Source: Takakia lepidozioides (lineage: Eukaryota; Plantae; Bryophyta). From it: a stretch of DNA of 64,000 bases. A program made the translations under genes and the position numbers. The stretch lies in assembly GCA_030704615.1 (NCBI GenBank), contig CM060732.1, positions 27,714,001 through 27,778,000 on the forward strand. The letters are read 5' to 3'. The notes under the pieces are model-generated. The model saw nothing but the letters and a program-made list of their open reading frames with translations. It searched no databases and had not been told where the DNA came from. Below are positions 27,371 through 38,900 of this stretch, in pieces; within the stretch, counting starts at the first letter, position 1, and every line of letters begins with the position of its first letter.

Positions 27371-27399
27371 AAACCCTAAACCCTAAACCCTGGAAAAAT

Positions 27400-28085
27400 T
27401 TCAGATCCTGTGAATCAAACCTGAAAGGAGAGATCCTGAGAGACAGGAAACTAGAATAGAAGTATGCGAGGTGTCCTGAAATGCAACTGCGAACCTATGC
27501 AAGAGGCAAATGTGCGTATGAGAACTATTTCACTGGATGCACAAGAGAATAAGAACCCTATCTCTGTTTTGCAAGAGAATGGACACACTAGGAACAACTT
27601 AGATGCAGATCTCACATGCACTACTCGAGAAGGAGGTTATGGCATGCCGTATAGACACAGCGCACATAACAATGCAATGATCTAAAGCAGGGGATACAAA
27701 CGCATCTAAAACTCGACAACTTCAAAGGGTGAGACCACGAAGCAAGATCATGCAAAGTAGTGAAGCCAAATCTTTATAAACCCCAGACTAGTTTCGCTCA
27801 GCGCGTGAGCTCATCAGTGGGAAAGAAAAAGAATGAGATACAAACCCTACCCCCGCTTCTATACTACTAGGAGTGAACTGCCTCTTGTGGACACTCTTCC
27901 AGTGGATGTCTCGTGAGGAGAAAAACCATCCAACAGATGTCTCGTACGGAGAAACTAGTCCAAAAAGTCTCGGTGGGAGGAAGTCATCCAATGGATGAAA
28001 ACAAGTTCTCGACAAGAGAGACCTAGATCCAAAGAATAAAAATCATCCAAATAGTCAATTGCATATGTCTCAAATACAACTAACT
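27400..28085 (-). mobile_element. Diverged Penelope-like 3' terminal (pLTR-like) segment
   Basis: Diverged inverted homology to 26505-27160 (AGTTGTATTTGAGACATA..., TATA-like box, hammerhead). Confidence 0.65.
27771..27826 (-). ncRNA. Type I hammerhead ribozyme with canonical GUC cleavage triplet
   Basis: Minus strand reads CTTTCCCA-CTGATGA-GCTCA CGCGC TGAGC-GAAA-CTAG-TC-TGGGG. Confidence 0.88.
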
Positions 28086-29059
28086 CCGTGAGTTTATGAC
28101 TATGCAACAACCAATTATGCTGAAGTTAGAGCATGTTGTGCAAAGTCGTAAGGGCTGAAACCGCTTCGAAAGGAACGCACAACTAGTAAGAGCTTTGCAC
28201 ACGCAGACCATCGCGCAACCATCGTCTTGCTAAAGCCTGCAGCTGTGTTGTCCTGAACGTGTCCAACCACGATCCCCACCTTCCGACCTCCAAGACGAAA
28301 CATGGGTTTCCAAAAATTAAACCAGCAACACTTGTCTTCAAGAACTAAGTTCTTCGTAGCAACATTCTGCACATGTCAATATTCAGTGTACACGCCCAGC
28401 AGGGATGCCCTCCCTATGAGCAAGATCGCCGAGTTTCTGCACATGTTCCAACATGACTTCCAGTTGCACACACTCTCTCTTGCGATCTTCAGTACTGGTG
28501 ATGGTTCGTGAAATACCAAAATCGATCAAACAAACACCTTAATGCCCCCTAAAATCAACCAAGATATTAGGGCATCGAATGTTTCCATGAAGAAGTGCAC
28601 AGCAGCAAGTGCATCAACAGTCGCTTCCACCCCCTCTAGTCAAAACTCCTGCAAACGACACATCCAACATATTAGACAACCACTTTGCTACAAGCTTAAG
28701 CAAGAACCGCAGACTCAAATAAGCGGGATGCCCAGCTCAGAGCAGACAACTCTTTCGCCTTTTACCAAGAATTACAGTGCAATCAGAATGAATTCCAACA
28801 GCTCCAGTTTTCTGGGATTCCCTCTCATTTGGCCAGCAACAATTACCTCTCATTCTTTTTAGTCTATTTGATTAGATCATCTAGAATTATGTGAAAAACT
28901 GGAGGTGCCATAAAACAGTGTACAAAAGGTCAATCAGAGAATATAGGTTAAAGAGAATCCAATTGCAGATTTAAGAGCAGAGCCTCAAACATGTAGCAAC
29001 TAAGGACAAGGTTTTACCAACTTGCACAAACCATCAGCAAACATCAGCAAACATCAAGG

Positions 29060-32000
29060 TCACAAAATGAGAGATGAATTAGGATAAACCCACAGCATGA
29101 GCTCTGATAGCCAAGGATGTTGTAATGCCTGTGATGAACTGAGTTGTTTGTCAGTGAGCTTCCTTATAAAGTCTTCAGCATGTGTTGTCCTTGCAAAGGG
29201 GATATACTCATCCAGGAGTTTGCCAACACTATACATGTCTGAAAAGGGCGTATACTGGTTGCCCTCATACATCTCCGGAGACCAGGCTGAGAAAGGCTGA
29301 AATCCATCAAACAATTTGAAAGGAAAATCTGCTACAGATTCGAGGTCGATGAGCATGAAATCTATATCTGAAAGGCGCACAATATTTGGGAGTCGGATAT
29401 CCCTGTGCACCAGGCCCGCACTGTGGAGGATACATAAGGCTTGGCAGACACACTGAGCCATCCACCTGCATTCCTCTTCAGACTCCAAACTGCATTGGTA
29501 TCCAAGAGGACCAAACTCAACTCTGTAGGATCCATGAGCAGTTTCGACAGGCAATGCCACCATCTGCGGCAGAAACTTACATGTTCTCGCAGCAACATAA
29601 GCCCTCTTTATCACGGTAATATCCGTCCCCTGGTCAGCACTATAACTAGAAAAGTCTCTAATGTGCTTCGCCACTTTGTCATCATAAAAGTAAATACTCC
29701 TCCTTCCATCCGGTGACTTTTCCATAGAAAACATGGCACGGCGACCTGGGACTACCGGAACAGAGTCCTGCATTTTCTTCATTAGCTGGAAGGCATAGCC
29801 TACGCTGAGTAAAAAATGGCAGCGATCAGAAATATCTGATAGGTTAAGACGTCGACCCACTGGATACAACTCCTTCGGACCTCTCCTGCCAATGTACACC
29901 CACTGAAATTCAGTGCCTGCTGCTACGTAGCCTAGAATAAATTTCAATTCCCCATAAAACATCGGATTAAGCGACCTCATCTTAGAACGAAGATCGCCTT
30001 CAGCTGCATGCAAGTTGCCAACCTTGTCTTCACCTACTAGGAAGGTGCATCCAAAGGCTATGCCAATCGTATCAGGCCTTGTCCTGCGTGCAGTAGTTTG
30101 GGAGAAACTGTACTGCGCACTTTCAGTAGAACTGAATGAAAACGTGACCTTAAAACCGGCCACATATTGCTTGAAAACGCCAAAGAACTCTTGCAAGCCG
30201 CCGCATGCAACGAGGAACGATGTTTGTATCTCGGTGACTATCTCCTCAAGTTGGCGCGATAGGAAGGCTCCCACTAAACAAGGAAGTCTTGAACCATCTG
30301 TCTCGATTAAAACATTCGCCGCCAACTCGGGCATTGTTGCTGATACATACTCGTAGGTCTGCGGCGTTACAGGAAGCTTCCGATGCTGCTCAGGGAACAA
30401 TACCTTTTCAAGACCCGCCTTATTTTGGGGGAGCTCAGGTAGCTGTGGGAGCAGCATGTACCTAATCCAAGCTTCGGAACGATCTTTGCGGTAACCTGCT
30501 TGAGATGTATCACAAACAACAGCAACAAAATGACTCAGAATAACAATAGAAGTGGATGCAAGGACGGCAAGCACTCACAAGTGAACGACCAAAATGACGG
30601 TCAACTACCAGAATATCAAGGCAGAAGTTACCACGATCCGGTGACAAACGAACCTCTCACTATCAGCAAACTCAGGCCACAGGACCCTAAGAATCTCAAA
30701 CCACCACAAGGCAACTCGTTACTCTAGCTAATCATTGTCCAGACAAACTCCAGAAACAAAACCTAAGTATCAAGAACTCAACAAATACTCGATGCAACAA
30801 ATAAAGACAACCCTAGGCACTCATGAGAAATGAGGGGTTTGAACGATACTACTCATATTTGCAGCCACGCATCAAACAAACCCTAGCTATGAAAAGAATC
30901 AAGAAAAGATCCCAGCATCAGCAACCTAGGTGCCAAGAATCTACACAACCTCTGAATTACACCAAACGGGACGTTGGGGATTTAGGGGACCCTGCGGGAG
31001 TAAAAATAACCTACGGGACAAACAGCTCCAGTAAGTACAAGAAGACATACCCTACAACCCTTGCTACGAAAGCCTTGCAAAAATTTATGGAGTGAAGGCA
31101 AGTGGAGCTTCTGCCTGCCTTCACAAAGTTTGCAAAGCTTTCAATAACCTTGAAACGATCTGGTGACAACAAACCCTAAGTACTTAAACCTCACTATCAG
31201 CAAACTCAGGCCGCAGAGCCCTAAGAAACTCAGACCCCCACAGGAAAACCTAAATTATCCCGATGACAAAACCCCGATGACAGGGAGAAGGGTTTACCAC
31301 TGCCTTTACTTGTGTCTGTTGTTGAAGGAGCATAAACCTGCTTAAAGGTATCTAAGCTACGCATTGAACGAATCATTGAACAAATCAGCAACTGCAGCGG
31401 GTTCAACAATCAACTGCCCAATTGTCTTGCAAGAATTCAAATGTGCCTGCCCATCATCAGAAGTGCAGACAAAAAAACAAACGGGCTCAGACTGCCCTAG
31501 GCAACCCATCGACGTTCACCAGACTCTCTCCATGACGCACTATCTGACACCCTAGCTAATGGGTGAACACTGTCACAGAAGGTTCTGCAGCCAAGGCGGT
31601 TTTGGTTAACTCACATAAGTCACCGACAACCACATTCTGTCATCGACCAATTAACGGCTCAAAACATGCGCACAATTTTGGCTAGAGCTTTCTATCCTCT
31701 GAAGATGGTACTCAAGAAAAGATCCCAGCATCAGCAGCGGTATTCGAAGAAAAAGATTGAACGAAATAACAGTCTTCATGCTAAGAAAACCCTAAAACGT
31801 CATAACCTCTGAATTAGACCAAACGTACATGTGGTGGCTGCAAACCCTACAATGGACAAGAACACAGATTCTGTCAAGGACCAATTAATACTCCAGCTTA
31901 AAACCATGTCCAACACGTTCATCAGCTTTCTTTGATGACCGTGCAATCCCATACATCACTAAAGAAAGCCTCGAGGGAGCAAGTCCGAAAATCCATTAAA

Positions 32001-32403
32001 ACCCTAACCACACTATACACCTACTAACACTTTACTGCAAGAAATAACACACCTGCTGTATGTGCAGCTGGCTTTGCGGACCCACCAGCAAGCACTCTGG
32101 ATTAGACGAAAACATACCTGTGGTAGCTTCAGAATCGGGAGGGCCATCGAGCAGCACGGGCTCTTTTTCGGTTCCCGCCACGCCCAAGTCTTGCTTGATT
32201 TGTGACCACGAATGCTTTGATTCACCTGTCGAGTCCAAAGGCCAGATTACACCATTCAAAGTAATCTTTCGCGGGTTTAAACCAAAGTGGCTGCCAAGAA
32301 CGTTGAAGTCAACTTTGCCAGCATTCAAAGTCATGGCTGGACAGGGTGCGCCTCCGGACTTTAGCTTGAACCAAACACGCTCCATAGCTGATAAAAAGTT
32401 CAT
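29060..32403 (-). CDS. Crinkler/CR-type protein: N-terminal header exon plus PD-(D/E)xK nuclease-like domain and protein kinase domain
   Basis: Exon 32403-32118 (donor G|GTATGT) splices in frame (phase 1) to exon 30495-29060 (CAG|GT TAC). Motifs RPDTIG...LVGEDK; LHSAGLVHRDIRLPNIV; LIDLE; SPEM; SDMYSVG; ALQHPW. The reading frame appears intact. Confidence 0.78.
30712..31770. repeat. Approximately 1-kb intronic module shared by CR-type loci
   Basis: Near-identical to about 11070-12080; parts recur inverted at about 61920-62285. Confidence 0.88.
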
Positions 32404-34989
32404 CCAACCATCCAGATCATTGACAATGCGACGCGGAGTATCCAGTACAGTAATGAGAGAAAATTCACCTCAAATCCAGAAGCTCTGCTTTCCACAGGCT
32501 CTGCTTAAACGCAGATGGAAAGGCAGAAGGTGTGGATATTACACTTTATAATATAATTGACCATTTTTCAAACATCGAGTCTAAGAGGAACAGTATGAAA
32601 ATCGACGGGTAATAAACGTCTCCCAGTTTACCTTCATCCCACGTAGAACGGAGTTTTAGACACAGCAGCTTCAAACTGCGACAGCTTTGACAACACCAGG
32701 AGCTAATTGCCTGTCGAGAAAATTTAAATCCTCAATTCATCCTCCCTCGACCATCCTCAATCCCCTCGAATACGAAGAGCAGCGACTACGAAAAGAGTGT
32801 AAACATGAAAATCATCTTGCCCGCTCTCGTCATGACCTATCACTACAATCAGTGCACAACTCTCAAATCAACTCAAACAGTGCGAGAAGTAGGCTAGCCT
32901 CGAAGATGCTCACCTTCCAGAGTTCTTCGCCGCCTGAGCGATACACTTGGATCAAACGCCCTCCCGCACGACGCAAACCTCTACAACCGTTTTATAACCC
33001 GAATCTTGGTCGATACTCACAGCCAGGGGCTCCAAAATACAGCGAACCCACGGAAATCCACGGAGCTTCGTCTCAGTTGCCAAGATTCTCCGCCGAAAGC
33101 ACGAGGACGCTGAGAAAATGAACAAAAAGCAACGCCGGTTGAATTCTATATCGACTTCCTCGCGCTGCTGGAACAATAACACTCGCTTCGTTTAGGTGTG
33201 AAGAAGAAGCAGAACCCTAGACCCTCCGGTCGTCCGCTCCATCCCGCTTCGACCTTCGGACGCTCCATCCCACCGCCTCGAAATCTCCGCTTACTACTGC
33301 CCGACCGACGGATGCACGCCTCACAACGCCACCTGTCGGTCATCCGATCATCATCACATGTACAACGATTAACGGATGGATGAATCCAAAAACCGAATGT
33401 CCCGCACCCTACGTCGTCTTTCCACATTCATCCGCTATCAGTTCCTTCAGCCTTTTGTACCTTCTCGTGTACATCTTTGCAACGTCTCGGCCAATGAATT
33501 CCCGCCACCGTGCAACTTTGAATGGCGAGATTTGTGTGCACAATCTATTTCTCAATTCATGCTTCAAATGCATGAGTCAAGGTCCTGCACCCTAAGAAAC
33601 TAGGGCTCCACTACTCTAAGCACTAGGTATGTTGGTCAATGACCGTTCAAATAACGATGGTGAAAAATCCAACGGTGAGATTTTGTCTTTTCTTACCCCG
33701 GGTAAACTTTGTCACTTATTGGACAACCCCCAAACTTGGAACTATCTGATTTCATAAATTTTACACAAAGTTATAGGGTTTCAAAGTAGAACCAATATGA
33801 ATGCTTGTGTGCACCCAGAGCCCTATGACCAATCACACTTTTGGGGGGTTATATCAAATAAAATGGACAGTCTGGACCAACACTGCATGGTCATGGGTAC
33901 TGACAGAAGCGTTAATGGGGTGTTCGGTCATAGGCCAACTTACCACTTATGTAAGAAGGTAAGATACTCACACCAGACCTACACACCTTTCCCTGAAGAA
34001 TCAAATCTTATACATACACGTTGCATCATAGATATATTATATGTACTTGGTATATATATATGTGAAAAACTACAATGAGACACATTATAAAAGTGTTTGT
34101 AGATACTATTACAATAACTACACCTCGAGTAAGCATTGGTAGAAATTACCATAAACCTGATCACGGTTGAGAGGACGAAACTACTTGAAGACATGAAGAC
34201 AAGCTGGGCAAGTTGTTTGGGTTGGTACCCCAAATGTTCCTTTCTAAAAAGGGAGTTATAGTGGTATAACTCTAAACCAAAAAGATGAATGGTGTAACCA
34301 CAAATTTCCCGCGATTTCATCCATCTGGGATGCAACCTCTCATCTACAATGCAGCAACGACCTGGCTCTAACCCCTCTGACCTTCATCATTCTTCTCACC
34401 AACTCCTGCTTTTGCAACGACCTGGCTCCTTTCTAACCCCTCTGACCTTGATCATTCATCTCACCAACTCGTGCTTTTGCGATGCAACCATGCACTTCCA
34501 GGGCTGCCAGGCTGAAGATGCCAAAACAAACAAAAAAAAGCGAGGAAGACCGCACATGTTACACAAAGCGAAAGAGGAAGAGGCTTGCCTGAGAGTGTTC
34601 GGCTTCAGTTTGCGCGGGCTGTGAGCAAGACAATGGGATCTCCTGCTGGACCTTCAGTTTGGCCATGCGAGAGGTTGGACGTCGTCCGTAATACAAAGGC
34701 TTCAGCTTCCGCCGCGGTTTGGGTGTGGGGTTTCTCTCAGGGGAGCCACACCCTTCTCCACGCGGCATAAGTCCCAGCAAAAAGAGAAAATCTCCCGAGG
34801 TACGCGTGCGTACATGCCTGGAATGGAATTTCATCCAAGCGTCACATCAGGTGTCGAAGGCGTATCCGGGAAGCAAGCGCGGAATCCTTGTGGAACATCC
34901 GGTTCAAAACCGACGGCAGAGAACATTTAATGCGCAACTGCGCCATTAAATGTCGTAGGTATGGAGGTCGGCCACAGGCGCCGACAGGC

Positions 34990-35870
34990 CCACCCTCCCC
35001 CCGAGACTTCATTAGTCGCCCGCTGGATGGAAAAAACGGCGCCGAATTTCCATCCAGCAGATGAAGTAGGACGCAACGTGGCCCTCCCTCCGCCCGAGCC
35101 GTTCTCATCCACGAGATGCCGGATGGAAAAGTCCATCCTGCAGGTAATTTGGAGCGAATTTTCATCCTGCAGGCAAAAAATTTCAAGTTTAGCGTGTAAC
35201 CAGTCGAAAAAACGCGAAAAACTTGATGCAATGACTATAAATTGTTGAAGAAGGGCCGATACGGGCGTCTGTGGATGGAAATTCGGCGCCGTTTTTCCAT
35301 CCGGGGGATGTTCTCTGCGCCATGTGTCGGGCTCTCCCCCCCGAAACAGCTTCATCCGAATGGCCCCGGATGGAATTTCGGCGCCGGGGGATGTTTTATG
35401 TCGGCCAGGTGTCGGTCTCTCCCCCCGAGACGACTTCATCCAACGGGCCTCCGATGGAAATTCGGCGCCATTTTTCCATCCGGGGGATGTTCTCTGTCGG
35501 CCAGTTGTCGGCCTCTCCCCCCGAGGCGACTTCATCCAACGGGCCTCGGATGCAAATTCAGTGCCGTTTTTCCATCCGGGGGATATTTTCTGTCGGCTAG
35601 GTGTCGAGCTCTCCCCTCGAGACGGCCCCGGATGAAAATTCGGCGTCGTGTTTCCATCCGGGGGATGTTCTCTGTCGGCCAGGTGTCGGCTTCTCCCCCC
35701 GAGACGACTTCATCCAACGGGCCTCGGATGGAAATTCGGCGCCGTTTTTCCATCCGGGGGATGTTCTCTGTCGGCCAGGTGTCGGCCTCTCCCCCCGAGA
35801 CGACTTCATCCAACGGGCCTCGGATGGAAATTCGGCGCCGTTTTTCCATCCGGGGGATATTTTCTGGCAG
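34990..35870. repeat. GC-rich tandem repeat (unit about 120 bp), probably transposon-subterminal
   Basis: Repeated GGATGGAAATTCGGCGCCGTTTTTCCATCCGGGGGATG...CCCCCCGAGACGACTTCATCCAACGGGCCTC, each unit containing a GGATGGAAA/TTTCCATCC hairpin. Confidence 0.88.
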
Positions 35871-36139
35871 GCACGTGGGGCCGTCACCCTCCGATTGGAC
35901 GTCCTGTCGAAGTAAATTCTGCGCCTCATTCATGGGTACGGTTATATTAAATGGTGTTCTTCTCCTTTGCAACTTGCCCGACCTTCGCTCGTGACGCACG
36001 CGTTTCAAACCGAGACAACAACAACACTTCCTCGCTCCGAGCTCCTCATCTTCCCCACACTCCCCATTCCCTGCGCACCCTCTCTGCTTCCTGGCAGCCC
36101 TTTCAGTAGTCCTTGATGAAAGCATATTAGCTCTAAGTA

Positions 36140-36675
36140 CACAAGGTAACAAGAAATGGGATAGAGCACTCTACAAGGCAGCTTTTGGGTATCGTGTGGG
36201 AATTCAAGCATCCATAGGTCTCTCACCATACATGGTGCTCACGGGAAGAACGATGAGGTTGGGGATCGACAATCGACTTCGACGCATTGGCGAGTTGGTG
36301 GAGCTCAACGACGATCAGGCATCAATGCAACAGATGATCGAAGGAAAGATACAAATAATACATGAGCTAGAGGGTGCATTAAGGGACAGTGTGACTGCTG
36401 CACAGGGAGCACAACAGAAAGCATACAAGCAACAACATAGATATGAGAAGGGACTTATAGAATTGCAGCCTGGCGAGCTCGTGATGATGATCCGACCAGG
36501 GAAGAAGCGAAATTTGGAATCATCGTGGGAGGGACCATACAAATTTCAAGCCTATGTTGACAAACACCAAGAAGGAACAAGGAGTGAGGCAGATCGAGTT
36601 TGTGTATTGCAGGACGGTGGAGGGAAACAATGGAGCAGATCACGACGTGATTTAAAGTTGCTGCAGGTGGAGTGA
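36140..36675 (+). mobile_element. Ty3/Gypsy integrase C-terminal fragment
   Basis: KWDRALYKAAFGYRVGIQASIGLSPYMVLTGR...LESSWEGPYKF (GPY/F motif). Confidence 0.78.
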
Positions 36676-38204
36676 GTGTTGTCCGGAGGGCCAGACAGCG
36701 TAAAATCGGAGGACTTACACCTGTAGGTCGAAGGGAGGTAATGAAAGAAACACGGAAGGCATGCAAGAAACAGACAAAGTGCTGGGAGATGAAATCGCGC
36801 TTTATCATTGGAGTTAACAGGATGAAATTGATAAATTTTCATCAGCAGATGAACGGTGGGAAAATTGGATGGCAAACAGGGATGAGATCACTAATTGGCA
36901 TTAGTGGATGGATGACGAGCTAGCAGGATGACAGGGCGATGAAAACACTAATGAGAAAGTTGATTCTTCATCACATGGGATGATACTGCTAAAATAAGAC
37001 AAGGGACTCAGCGGTGATTTAATGGACAGAGTGGCCACATTAAATATTAGCAAGTGGCATGCAACTAAAAGGGTGGTTGAGAAACAAAACACGTAGGTAT
37101 AGTATATTTTTAGAAGTTTATGGGCCTGTGGCACAGAGGGGATAAGACCCGGTGGCCGCCATACTTGATGTCCAAAAGCTGTAGGATCTTAAATATTGTT
37201 GGCTTGCTACTAAATAATCACGTGAAGGAGGCGGCGGGATAAGGTGGAGTTAGGAATCAGCCCAAGTATAAGATTAGTGGAGACTGGATGGTCATCTCTC
37301 TTCTTTTGTTCTAGTTTTCGGCTCTGAAGTAAAGACTGAGTTCATTGTGATGAAGTGTGGGGGCATGTGAATCATTTTAGATTGCAGTCTGGGATAGATG
37401 GAGTACTAATGGGTTGTACTGGCATGGGCTTAGGATTTTCTTTTTACTTACACCTTATTATGTAATTTTCTTTTTCAACTTGGATCTATCTAATGTTTGG
37501 AGCACGTAGTGCAATTATTTTTAAGTTTGTGTCTCCTTAGTAAATGGGCACCATTCACTTAGAGCCGTGACAACAAAAGCACATACGACTCAATCATAGG
37601 CTTCCAATTAACATAAGTAACCAAACGAGGCACATCTCTCTTGGTGTCAAGAAAATGCTCAGTCATGTCCTGATTATGTCAAACTCATGTCCTAACAACC
37701 CCGATGGGTGTCCTCTGGAATGTTGGCTGTATGTATGGCCTGTAACTTCATTTTTGGATGACCTTCAGAGTGCAATTCAGAGTTGGTCGTGGAGATGTTG
37801 GCCGTCAGATTGTCCTGATCGGACGGATGAGAACTCCTGTAATTAGGGGTTTTTTTTTTTTGGGGGGGGGTACGACTACCTCCTCGAGCGCTCATTGTCG
37901 CTCATTCTACTCTCTGTTCTCACTTGGTCTCTTGCATTTTGCTCTGTTCTCTTGCATTCTGCGCATACCACCGTTTATCATATCTGCCGTCTCTTTTTGG
38001 CTCGCTTACTCACTTCTGCACTTTTCTGCTGCGGTTTAATAATCATTGGAGCGGGAGGTTGTGGCGCGTGGTGTGGAGTGACTGTAGAGTTTACAAGAAG
38101 CGGGAGCAATTTCAGGTATTCTAGATTCTAGTTTGTGTTAGGTGGCGAATTGCGCTTGTAGCTGCTTATATGCTATCTGCGTAGTAAGGGGCAAGTTGCG
38201 ACAA

Positions 38205-38900
38205 ATTTCACAAAAACTATATATAGTCAAAAGTCAACCCAAAAAGTCAAAAGTCCAATGTATCATATCTCCCAAATGACAAGGGATTAGGGAAATTTTA
38301 AGACATCCCTAGAACCACAATCATCATAAATGGGGGGGGTAGGTCACCTCAAAACACGAAAAAAAAAGGGTCATTTTTGGCGGGGACACCCATGTAACCC
38401 AAAAATTCAAAAAAAATCTTAATTTATGCCAAATTTGAAAAAATCAACCGAAAGTCAAACACTCCATATCTCCTAAATAAAGCATCGTTAGGGAAATGTT
38501 TTTACATTCCTAGATTCTCTATACTTACAAATGGGGGGTAAGGTCAAATCAAAACTATCAACAAACACTAAATTTAGCCACAAACTCCATTTTCAGGGTT
38601 TCGCCTTCAATCGTCCATATCTATCAACTACTTAACATTTTTACCAAACTAACACCACCATTGTAATACTACTAGCCTAAACAAACACATTGGCCATTTC
38701 AAATTTCAAAAAAACTATATATAGTCGAAAGTCAACCCAAAAAGTCGAAAGTCCAACGTGTCATATCTCCCAAATGACGAGGGATTAGGGAAATTTTAAG
38801 ACATCCCTAGAATCACAATCATCATAAATGGGGGGGTAGGTCACCTCAAAACACGAAAAAAAAAAGGGTCATTTTTGGCGGGCACACCCATGTAACCAGG
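38205..38900. repeat. Direct repeats (about 190 bp) of a probable DNA-transposon remnant
   Basis: 38210-38400 resembles 38710-38897, with a diverged middle copy. Confidence 0.65.

Noticed and set aside
34990-35870. CRISPR-like regular repeats and long overlapping ORFs
   Set aside because: Units repeat in full with no unique spacers, there are no cas genes, and the context is eukaryotic; the ORFs are products of the tandem repeat.
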